Shown: piece by piece, positions 18,275-26,360 of the stretch
Layout of the letters: each line of letters starts with the position of its first letter
How positions within the stretch are numbered: position 1 is the first letter of the stretch
DNA from: an uncultured Microbacterium sp.
GTDB lineage: Bacteria > Actinomycetota > Actinomycetes > Actinomycetales > Microbacteriaceae
Length of the DNA stretch: 64,000 nt
Direction of reading: 5' to 3'
Assembly: GCA_964532555.1 (NCBI GenBank)
Contig: CAZHIU010000001.1
Coordinates: 4,363-68,362, forward strand
Notes under the pieces: model-generated
What the model saw: only the letters and a program-made list of their open reading frames with translations
What the model was told of the DNA's origin: nothing
Databases searched by the model: none
Made by a program: the position numbers and the translations under genes

Positions 18275-19375
18275 TTAGGGCACGCGCAGTTCTTTGATGG
18301 GTTCGCGCCGTGATGCGGCGACAGCCGGGATCACCGCCGCGACAACCGCGGTGGTGATCGCCAATATCCCCGCGGCGGCGAAGAACGCGAAGCTGGGCAG
18401 CGGATCATTCGTCGCCAGCAGGGCGATGATCGAGGCCACTGTGCCGACAAGAACGCCCGCGACGGCGAGCGTGAAGGTCTGACACAGCAGCAGCAGAATG
18501 ATCAAGCCGCGACTCGCGCCGAGAGCACGTCGCCGCCCGAAGTCTTTGCGGCGCATCATGACCAGACCATAGAGAATCACGGCGGTGAGAAGCCCCGTGA
18601 GGGCAAGCATGATGAGCACCAGACCGCGTGAGAACGACCCCAACTGACCTTCGACGATTGCGCGCAACTGCGCGAGAGTCTCGGAGGTCTGCACGGTGAT
18701 GCGGGTGGGATCGTCGACGGCGAGCACAGAGGCCACCGCCGTTGCAATCGGCGAGACGAGGTCGGGCCGCTCAGCGATCACTATCAGCACGGTGACCGGG
18801 GCATCGGCAGAAGCGAAGGGCTGCGGTACGAGCACGAGAGGTTCGAAACCAGCAAGAAAGTCGGGTACTGCAAGGGTTCCGGCGACCGCATAGTCCACAC
18901 CCGCAATCGTGCTGATCGCACCGCTGCCGTCAATAAGACCCAACTGATCGAGCGCCTTCGGGGATGCGAAAGCGAGCGATCCCGGCAGGGCGATCGTGGC
19001 CGGCACCCCGATGCGTTCCAGATGACTGCCGTAGGCGAGCCGAACCGGAACGCGCGTGCCATCGCTCACGGCGGCAGAGGTCGCGTCAGCGGCCGCGCCG
19101 AAGGCAGCCGCCCATTCGATTCCTTCGATAAGGGCGAGGCGGTCAAGCACACCGGCACGCAATCCCGCCGCCGTTTCTGCGCGAATCACAATCGACCGTG
19201 TGCCCGCGTCGTCGATCGAAGAGAGCACGTTCTGCTCGGCCCCCACGGTGCGCCCGGTGGTGAGCATGACGGCGATGACCATGCCCGCGATCATCACAAT
19301 GGTGACCCCTGACACGACCGGTTGACTGCGAGCGGACGCAAGTGCCTCACGAATCGCGGCCCGCAGGCGGTTCAT
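18275..19375 (-). CDS. FtsX/MacB-type ABC permease
   Basis: RRKDFGRRRALGA motif, TM layout, C-terminal REPIKELRVP. Confidence 0.85.
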   Translation of the reverse strand: MNRLRAAIREALASARSQPVVSGVTIVMIAGMVIAVMLTTGRTVGAEQNVLSSIDDAGTRSIVIRAETAAGLRAGVLDRLALIEGIEWAAAFGAAADATSAAVSDGTRVPVRLAYGSHLERIGVPATIALPGSLAFASPKALDQLGLIDGSGAISTIAGVDYAVAGTLAVPDFLAGFEPLVLVPQPFASADAPVTVLIVIAERPDLVSPIATAVASVLAVDDPTRITVQTSETLAQLRAIVEGQLGSFSRGLVLIMLALTGLLTAVILYGLVMMRRKDFGRRRALGASRGLIILLLLCQTFTLAVAGVLVGTVASIIALLATNDPLPSFAFFAAAGILAITTAVVAAVIPAVAASRREPIKELRVP

Positions 19376-20016
19376 AGCGTGATCTCCACATCGCACGCGG
19401 CCGCAACCGCGGGGGAGTGGGTGACCACGATCACGGCTGCCCCTTGCGCGGCATGCTGTTTCATCGCGTCAACGACGACCCCTGAGGTGGTCGGGTCAAG
19501 GTTGCCGGTCGGTTCGTCGGCGAGCAGTATCACCGGTTCGCTCAGCAAGGCACGGCACAGCGCGATGCGCTGTGCCTGGCCACCAGAGACCTGGCCGGGC
19601 TTCGATGTGGGCGGTACGTCGACGCCGAAGCGTTCCAGCAGAGCGCGTGCACGGCTTGCATCCTGCTCGCGCGAAGCGCCCCGGTACAGGGATGTTTCGG
19701 TGACGTTGTCGAGCACGGTGCGGGTGGCATCGAGTGCGGCATCCTGAAACACGAAACCGAAGCGGTGGGCACGAAGATGCGCCCTCTCGGCATCGCGCAG
19801 CCCGGAACTGTCCACTCCCTCGATCAGCACCTGTCCGTCGTCGGGGCGCAGCATCAAGCCCAGCAGGTACAGCAGCGTGGACTTGCCTCGCCCCGAGGGG
19901 CCGGTGAGCGCGGTCATCGAGCCACGCTCGAAACCCGCATGCCAGTCATCGAGCAGCGGTTTGTCGGCGGTGTAACCGAAGCGAATGCCGCGCGCGAGCA
20001 GCACCGTGTCACTCAC
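19372..20016 (-). CDS. LolD-type ABC ATPase
   Basis: GPSGRGKS, GFVFQD, VSGGQAQR, ADEPTGNLD; GTG start at 20016. Confidence 0.9.
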   Translation of the reverse strand: MSDTVLLARGIRFGYTADKPLLDDWHAGFERGSMTALTGPSGRGKSTLLYLLGLMLRPDDGQVLIEGVDSSGLRDAERAHLRAHRFGFVFQDAALDATRTVLDNVTETSLYRGASREQDASRARALLERFGVDVPPTSKPGQVSGGQAQRIALCRALLSEPVILLADEPTGNLDPTTSGVVVDAMKQHAAQGAAVIVVTHSPAVAAACDVEITL

Positions 20017-21098
20017 CGCACGCTCGCATCCGCCGGAACACGCACGCGCATGCCCGCGGTGACGCCCTCGATGACGCTCATTCCGCGCGCCGAGGCCACG
20101 ATCGTTACGGGGATGACGGTGCCCTCTTCGTCGATGACAGCGACCCGACCCGACGCATCTATGGTCAATGCAGCCGAAGGCACGACAAGGCCAGACACGC
20201 TCTCCACGGTGATGATGCGTGTGGGCAGCAGCGTTTGCCCGGTCGGCGGTATCTTTCCGCACTCCTGGCCGCAGAGCACGGCGCCACCGGCACCGGCGAG
20301 GGCGACATAGCTGTTCATGCTGAGCTGGTCACGCCCGTGACCGGCGACGAATCCCTCCCACATCGAACCATCGGCGCGAATCTCGACGCGCGCGCCGAGC
20401 GGCATCATTCCGGCTTGCGTATCGCTGACCACGATGACGAAGTTTGGTGAGGTCGAGAGGGCGCGCACAACCGACTCGCCACCGGAGATGAGAGCGCCGC
20501 GATAGATGAGCGTTTCGTCGAGCGCGACACGGGTGGGCAGGTGGGGCACGAAGATCACATCGCCGAGCCCTACAACGCCGCTCCGTTCGACCCCGAGTGA
20601 CTGCTGCCAGCGGCGAATGGCATCCGCCGTGCTGCCGCCGACTATGCCGTTGGCTTGGCCGCTGTAGTGCCCGGTCGAGATCAGCAGACGTTGCAGTTGC
20701 GCGACATCTTCACCGCGCGCGCCCTGCGCGATGGCGCGGTAGGCGGGGATCGCGCCTTCGGCGACGACCACGGGTCGCATGTTCACGGTGTAGAGCACAT
20801 CGCCCGCGACCGTCTCATCGCCGGCTTCGACGTCAACAGTGGTCACGACACCGAGTGCGCGGTTCGCGCCGACGGGTTCGGATGTCCACTCGGCCACCGT
20901 GTTGAGCGAGAGGCTTGCGCCGACCTCACCGGGCTCGACGATGACATAGGTGTGCGTGGTCGAGTCGAGCACATCGCGCGCCGGCGTCAACACGACCGCC
21001 GCGGCCCAGCCGATCAGAGCGCCCAGCAGCAGCAGGGCGGCACCCACCGCTGCCCATCTTTGCCATGGCCGCGTCGTCGTCTCCAGCGGATCACTCAT
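20013..21098 (-). CDS. Peptidoglycan-binding efflux adaptor (MacA-like)
   Basis: N-terminal TM; PG_binding_1-like GEDVAQLQRLL...T.DAIRRWQ; adaptor-type C-terminus. Confidence 0.85.
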   Translation of the reverse strand: MSDPLETTTRPWQRWAAVGAALLLLGALIGWAAAVVLTPARDVLDSTTHTYVIVEPGEVGASLSLNTVAEWTSEPVGANRALGVVTTVDVEAGDETVAGDVLYTVNMRPVVVAEGAIPAYRAIAQGARGEDVAQLQRLLISTGHYSGQANGIVGGSTADAIRRWQQSLGVERSGVVGLGDVIFVPHLPTRVALDETLIYRGALISGGESVVRALSTSPNFVIVVSDTQAGMMPLGARVEIRADGSMWEGFVAGHGRDQLSMNSYVALAGAGGAVLCGQECGKIPPTGQTLLPTRIITVESVSGLVVPSAALTIDASGRVAVIDEEGTVIPVTIVASARGMSVIEGVTAGMRVRVPADASVR

Positions 21099-21205
21099 CG
21101 CGTCTCCTGAGGGCTCGTCATGTGGCTTCCAAACCTAGTCGTCGTGGCGTTCTGGCGCATCCGAGAGCATGTCGAGATGCGCACATCGAATGATGCTTCT
21201 ACATA

Positions 21206-21235
21206 TAGACGGACGGCAGGAGACAAAACCTTGCA
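21206..21235 (-). promoter_or_regulatory. Putative ECF sigma promoter TGCAAGG-N17-CGTCTA (copy 2)
   Basis: Minus strand TGCAAGGTTTTGTCTCCTGCCGTCCGTCTA, near-identical to copy 1. Confidence 0.7.
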
Positions 21236-21302
21236 CACGTGCCGAAGAAACGGGGCGAACCCACGTCATGAGGCCTGGTTTCGCGACTATTTTTTCAAAA
21301 CA

Positions 21303-21332
21303 TGCAAGGTTTTGACGTTATCTGTCCGTTTA
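21303..21332 (+). promoter_or_regulatory. Putative ECF sigma promoter TGCAAGG-N17-CGTTTA (copy 3), upstream of the sigma operon
   Basis: TGCAAGGTTTTGACGTTATCTGTCCGTTTA, followed by TAGTGAA as in copy 1. Confidence 0.7.
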
Positions 21333-21406
21333 AGTAGTGAAGGTTGCCTCGTGGGGGCACGCATCATCTATGAGAGGTCGTCAGTCATGGATTGCGGGAA
21401 CTACGG

Positions 21407-22081
21407 ATGAAGCGGAATCGTTCGTTCGTGCTGAGGGGCGCAGCGGTTGCGACCGTGTGTGGCGTGCTGCTCCTTTCCGCAGGATGCACCCCGCCGCAGA
21501 GCCCGACCGCGCCACCGACTGCGCCGGTTGCGTCAGAAGGCAGTACGCCGGATGAGCTTCCCGAACCAGAAAACTTGTTGGACTTCATGTGGCAGATGGT
21601 TCTTCAGTACGAACCTGATGCTGAGCGCCCAGAAGTGCCGCTCATTCGCGTCGTCAACCTCGCCGAGATAGCCGAAGTGCAGGCGGCGTGCATCCGCGAA
21701 GCGGGCTTTGAGGTCAAAGTATGGCCGGATGGCACCTTTTCTAGTTCACCGGGTCACGAGAGCCAAATGGGTGCCTTCTGGAAGATGCGTTACTCCTGCC
21801 TTAGTCAGTATCCTCTCGATTCGAAGTACGATCGACCATTCGATGACGCGCAAGTCAGGGCACTCTATGACTACCAGCGCACCACACTTGTCGAGTGCCT
21901 GAGCAATCAAGGCTTTGATGTGCAGGCCGCGCCAAGCTGGGAGACGTACCTTGAAAGCCGCCTCACGCCGGATTTCTGGAGCCCATACCGCGACGTCACG
22001 GGGGTCGGTAGTCACAGACTCTTCGAGATCAAGGCGGCGTGCCCAGAAACGCCCGAGTACATCTATGACATGGCTGGCTGA
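21407..22081 (+). CDS. Hypothetical lipoprotein with two Cys-paired repeats
   Basis: MKRNR n-region, LSAGC lipobox; ACIREAGF/ECLSNQGF repeats. Confidence 0.8.
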   Translation: MKRNRSFVLRGAAVATVCGVLLLSAGCTPPQSPTAPPTAPVASEGSTPDELPEPENLLDFMWQMVLQYEPDAERPEVPLIRVVNLAEIAEVQAACIREAGFEVKVWPDGTFSSSPGHESQMGAFWKMRYSCLSQYPLDSKYDRPFDDAQVRALYDYQRTTLVECLSNQGFDVQAAPSWETYLESRLTPDFWSPYRDVTGVGSHRLFEIKAACPETPEYIYDMAG

Positions 22082-22141
22082 ACAGGCTCGGCCGCGCAGG
22101 AACACCAATACCGAAAGGAGCGAGATGGTCTCGCCGCTGTC

Positions 22142-22654
22142 GTGAACCAGAGCCACGACTCCGAGTTTCGCACGCTCTTCACGAGCCACTTCGGTGTGCT
22201 CGTGCGGTTTGTCGAGCGAAGAATCGATGACCCGGCGGCGGCGGAAGAGATCGCGAGTGATGTCTTTCGGGTCGCATGGGAACAGTTCGCGACTCTCGAT
22301 GATCCTCGTATGCCATGGCTTTCCAGCATTGCTCGGTCGAAAATTCGAGATTACAAGAAAGGTCTTGCGCGCAGTCGGCGGCGAGAGGAGAGGCAGCGAC
22401 TCGTGCCACCGGGCGTGCGGTCGGCGCAGCCAGGAGATGGCCTGGAGGGTCCGTCACCGATGGAGGTCATGATCGAGCGGCTGCCACCACGCCAGCGCGA
22501 GATTCTGCGGCTGCACTATTGGGATGACATGAAGCCCGCCGAGATCGCGCGAGTGCTCAAGCTGAGGCCCGCGACCGTATGGTCTCAGCTCAGTCGGGCT
22601 CGAGCACAACTTAAGCAGGAGCTATCGAATGACGAAGGGGGAGAGGCGAGCTGA
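22142..22654 (+). CDS. ECF RNA polymerase sigma-70 factor
   Basis: Region 2 (AEEIASDVFRVAW...PWL) and region 4 (LPPRQREILRLHYW..EIA...VWSQLSRAR). Confidence 0.9.
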   Translation: MNQSHDSEFRTLFTSHFGVLVRFVERRIDDPAAAEEIASDVFRVAWEQFATLDDPRMPWLSSIARSKIRDYKKGLARSRRREERQRLVPPGVRSAQPGDGLEGPSPMEVMIERLPPRQREILRLHYWDDMKPAEIARVLKLRPATVWSQLSRARAQLKQELSNDEGGEAS

Positions 22655-23685
22655 TGAAGACGCCATTTGAGAAGGATCGCAAGATGCCGCCAGAGCACGA
22701 AGCGACATCTCTGCTAGACGATAAACTGGGTCGAATGATCCGTGCGGCCGATCCTGCGCGAGCGCCCCAGGATCTCGGCGACTCGCCGCGGGGCCAGCGT
22801 GTGCTCCACAGCATTCTCGCGGCACCGCGTCATAAAGCACCGGTGGTGAGGAGGCGCTGGGTCTTGGCACCCATCGCCGCCGGTGCGGCGTTGGTGGTAG
22901 CGGCGTTGGTCATACCGTTCGGGTCGACGCCGGCGTCGGCGGCGATACCGCTGCCCCTGACAATCTCCGAACCATCGTTGACACTGACGCAGACGCTGGC
23001 CCGCATCGATCACGCGTTGGCCACGTCGCCAGGTGTATCCGAACCCTTGCGCGAGGCGAGTTCACTCGGCTGGTATATCAAGATCGACGGCGATGTCATG
23101 CAGATAGAGAAAGGCCCGATCATTCCGCAGCGCGTAACGACGACATGGGCCGAAGACCTCTCCGGGCGAATCCTCGCAGTGACGGGTGAGCCTTACTACC
23201 CAGGTCGCGCGGAAGCTGTGCAGGAAGAGGGTGTTCCCAAGCCCGGAACCGTACTCTTTGATGCGATCTACCCGCCGGGAACGTTCGACACGTTCTCGAA
23301 CACTGTTTACGGTGACAGCGAGGCGGATATGCGGGCCTTTCTCGCGGACTTCGGATGGGCGCCGAATCGGGGTGCCGCCGCGATGGCGAGCGACATCTTC
23401 TCGATCCTTTGGTTCTGGACGCTGACCAATGCGCAGCATCGAACATTGCTGCATCTGCTTGCAGGCACCGGCGAACTTTCCCTTGCCGGCACGGCTACGG
23501 ATCGCTCTGGGCGAGACGTGATCGTCTTTCGCACCGTGCGCGCCGATGGTCAGTTCGAGCGCTTGCTGCTCGTTTCTGCACAGACGGGACGTATTGTCGG
23601 CGAAGAGGTCACCCGGCTCAAGGCCTATGGCGGCATTCCTGCGGGAACCTTGATGTCATACAAGCTATTGGAGGTCGCACCATGA
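22654..23685 (+). CDS. Putative single-TM anti-sigma factor (CU044_5270-like)
   Basis: Coupled to the sigma gene; RAADP N-domain, TM, extracytoplasmic TDRSGR...TGRIVGEE motif. Confidence 0.75.
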   Translation: MKTPFEKDRKMPPEHEATSLLDDKLGRMIRAADPARAPQDLGDSPRGQRVLHSILAAPRHKAPVVRRRWVLAPIAAGAALVVAALVIPFGSTPASAAIPLPLTISEPSLTLTQTLARIDHALATSPGVSEPLREASSLGWYIKIDGDVMQIEKGPIIPQRVTTTWAEDLSGRILAVTGEPYYPGRAEAVQEEGVPKPGTVLFDAIYPPGTFDTFSNTVYGDSEADMRAFLADFGWAPNRGAAAMASDIFSILWFWTLTNAQHRTLLHLLAGTGELSLAGTATDRSGRDVIVFRTVRADGQFERLLLVSAQTGRIVGEEVTRLKAYGGIPAGTLMSYKLLEVAP

Positions 23686-24134
23686 TCGCTCGATGGACGA
23701 TCGTGGCTGTGCTCCTATCTGGGCTCGCCACCGTGCCGGTAAACGACACGCACGACGGGGGACAAAAGGTGCACGCCGACATCGCCTACGCGCTTGCGGC
23801 TGTGCCTGGTGGCGTTGTGCTTGACCCCTGGCATGCGGTGTGGCCTGACGGGATGGAGATTCAGGTGCCGCATCCTGGCTCGCGCGCAGTTCTGAACTGC
23901 CCGACAGCGAGAGTCTGTGCTTTCGACGACCTGGCAACAAGCGGCACAATGCTGAGTTGGTCGACATGCGGGACCTTCAGCACGAGTGGATTGTTTCAGG
24001 TCAAGTCAATCGCGAATGCCCGAAGCGATGGCATTCTGCAGGCCCGCAACGGGCTCTCTGTGCTGGCCACCGCGAACGCCGGCACCTCGAAAAACGTGAC
24101 GGGCGACGTCGATAACGTTCGGTGTCTTGAGTAG
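23682..24134 (+). CDS. Secreted protein, peptidase inhibitor I36-like
   Basis: Signal-like N-terminus; CPTARVCAF...G...W..C...S..N pattern; GGAGG RBS. Confidence 0.6.
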   Translation: MIARWTIVAVLLSGLATVPVNDTHDGGQKVHADIAYALAAVPGGVVLDPWHAVWPDGMEIQVPHPGSRAVLNCPTARVCAFDDLATSGTMLSWSTCGTFSTSGLFQVKSIANARSDGILQARNGLSVLATANAGTSKNVTGDVDNVRCLE

Positions 24135-24137
24135 CGT

Positions 24138-24719
24138 CTAGGCCAACAGGGCGGCCTCGGCCATCGCGGCGAGCGCGTCGGCGGTCGCGGTTTGCGCTCG
24201 CGCGGCGGCGCTCGCGCTGTGCGGGGTCGAGTTGAGGAGGCCGAAGCAGGCCTGCACGCGCAGGCGGAGCTCTTCGTCGGGGGCGGGCCGAAGCATCCCA
24301 AGAGCGCTCATCCAGAGGCCGATATAGGCGCGTTGCAGACGGCGCACGGCTTCGCGGTCATCACTGGTGAGATGGGGGATCTCGCGATCCTGCACGCGGA
24401 TGATGTCGGCGTTGCCGAGCGCAAAGTCGACATGAAAGCGGATGAGCGCGCGCATGCGCGCGCTGCCCTCTGGTGCCTCAGCCGCGACCGCGGTGCCGCC
24501 TGAGACAAGTTCTTCGCTCACGCGCACCAGCAGCGCGCCGAGCAGCGCCTGCTTGCTGCTCACATGCCGATAAACGGCGGGGCCCGAGACCCCGACAGCA
24601 CTGCCGATCTCGTCGAGGCTGACACTGGGAAAGCCCCGTTCGGCAAAGAGACGCGCGGCCTCGCGCAGCAGCGCCTGGAAGCGCTCTGCCTTTGCGCGAT
24701 TGCGGGGAGTGCTTGTCAT
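24138..24719 (-). CDS. TetR family regulator of leucine catabolism cluster
   Basis: AARLFAERGF...GVSGPAVYRH HTH; FGLLNSTPH C-terminal motif. Confidence 0.88.
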   Translation of the reverse strand: MTSTPRNRAKAERFQALLREAARLFAERGFPSVSLDEIGSAVGVSGPAVYRHVSSKQALLGALLVRVSEELVSGGTAVAAEAPEGSARMRALIRFHVDFALGNADIIRVQDREIPHLTSDDREAVRRLQRAYIGLWMSALGMLRPAPDEELRLRVQACFGLLNSTPHSASAAARAQTATADALAAMAEAALLA

Positions 24720-24745
24720 TCGAGTCGATTCTCGCTACTCTGGGG

Positions 24746-24769
24746 TTCAGTTAGTCAAGACTAACTGAA
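24746..24769. promoter_or_regulatory. TetR operator palindrome TTCAGTTAGTC-AA-GACTAACTGAA
   Basis: Perfect 11-bp inverted repeat between the divergent TetR and carboxylase genes. Confidence 0.8.
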
Positions 24770-24800
24770 AGAGCGACGGTACGCGAGAGAGGGTTCGGCG

Positions 24801-26354
24801 ATGCCCGAGACACAGGAGTCTCTTGCCACGGCGCTGCGAGAGCGGCTTATCGAAGTCGCGCGCGGTGGTTCAGAAGCCGCTCGTGAGCGGCATAGCGCGC
24901 GCGGCAAACTTCTGCCACGCGAACGCATCGCCAGACTGCTCGACGAAAAAAGCCCCTTTCTCGAGATTGCGCCTCTGGCTGCTGAGGGGATGTACGAGGG
25001 CGAAGCCCCCGCCGCAGGCGTGATCGCCGGGATCGGTCTCGTGCACGGCCGCCACGTCATGGTCGTGTGCAACGATGCCACTGTCAAAGGTGGCTCCTAC
25101 TACCCGATGACGGTCAAAAAGCACCTGCGCGCCCAAGAGATCGCCATCGAGAACCACTTGCCGTGCCTGTACCTCGTCGATTCCGGCGGAGCCTTTTTGC
25201 CCAAGCAAGACGAGGTTTTTCCTGATCGCGAGCACTTCGGCCGCATCTTCTTCAACCAGGCGCGCATGTCGGCCGACGGCATCCCGCAACTCGCCGCCGT
25301 GCTCGGATCATGCACGGCAGGCGGCGCCTATGTGCCCGCGATGAGCGACGAAACCGTGATCGTTCGCGGTCAAGGAACGATCTTTCTCGGCGGCCCGCCG
25401 CTGGTGAAGGCCGCCATCGGCGAGATCGTCACCGCCGAAGAACTCGGCGGGGGAGAGCTGCACGCCCGCCGCTCGGGCGTCGTCGATCATCTGGCCGAGA
25501 ACGATGAGCACGCACTAGAGATTCTGCGCGACATCGTGGCCACCCTTCCCGCTCGGGCAGAACCCGTAACCGCGGTGCAGAAGACGACACCGCCCGCCGA
25601 GACATCACGCCTATACGACGTCGTGCCGGTCGATGTGAACCAGCCCTATGACGTGCACGAGGTGATCACGCGCCTCGTCGACGGCGACTCTTTCCACGAG
25701 TTCAAGAGCCAGTACGGGACCACACTCGTCACCGGCTTCGCGCGCATCCACGGCTACCCCGTGGGCATCATCGCCAACAACGGGGTGCTGCTGAGCGAAT
25801 CGGCGGTCAAAGGGGCGCACTTCATCGAGTTGTGCGACCAGCGCGGCATCCCCTTGCTCTTTCTGCAGAACATCTCGGGCTTCATGGTGGGCAAAGACGC
25901 CGAGGCCGGAGGAATCGCCAAAGACGGCGCGAAGATGGTCACCGCCGTCGCCACCACCCGCGTGCCCAAACTCACCGTCATCATCGGCGGCTCCTTCGGC
26001 GCGGGCAACTACTCGATGTGCGGCCGTGCCTACTCGCCGCGATTCTTGTGGACCTGGCCGGCAAGCCGCATCTCGGTCATGGGCGGGATGCAGGCGGCAT
26101 CCGTGCTCGCCACCGTGAAAGAAGACCAACTGAACGCCCGGGGCGAAGGCTGGAGCACCGATGAGCGTGCCGCCTTCGAAGCCCCGATCAGGCAGCAGTA
26201 CGAAGTGCAGGGCGAGCCCTACTATGCCACGGCACGGCTGTGGGATGACGGCATCATCGACCCCGAGCAGACGCGCGACATCCTGGGCCTCGCCCTCGAT
26301 GTCGTCTCGCGGACGCCTCTTCCCGAGCCGCGCTTCGGCGTCTTCAGGATGTGA
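24801..26354 (+). CDS. Methylcrotonyl-CoA carboxylase beta (carboxyltransferase)
   Basis: [19 protein letters not shown] and [12 protein letters not shown] motifs. Confidence 0.9.
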   Translation: MPETQESLATALRERLIEVARGGSEAARERHSARGKLLPRERIARLLDEKSPFLEIAPLAAEGMYEGEAPAAGVIAGIGLVHGRHVMVVCNDATVKGGSYYPMTVKKHLRAQEIAIENHLPCLYLVDSGGAFLPKQDEVFPDREHFGRIFFNQARMSADGIPQLAAVLGSCTAGGAYVPAMSDETVIVRGQGTIFLGGPPLVKAAIGEIVTAEELGGGELHARRSGVVDHLAENDEHALEILRDIVATLPARAEPVTAVQKTTPPAETSRLYDVVPVDVNQPYDVHEVITRLVDGDSFHEFKSQYGTTLVTGFARIHGYPVGIIANNGVLLSESAVKGAHFIELCDQRGIPLLFLQNISGFMVGKDAEAGGIAKDGAKMVTAVATTRVPKLTVIIGGSFGAGNYSMCGRAYSPRFLWTWPASRISVMGGMQAASVLATVKEDQLNARGEGWSTDERAAFEAPIRQQYEVQGEPYYATARLWDDGIIDPEQTRDILGLALDVVSRTPLPEPRFGVFRM

Positions 26355-26360
26355 TCACCG

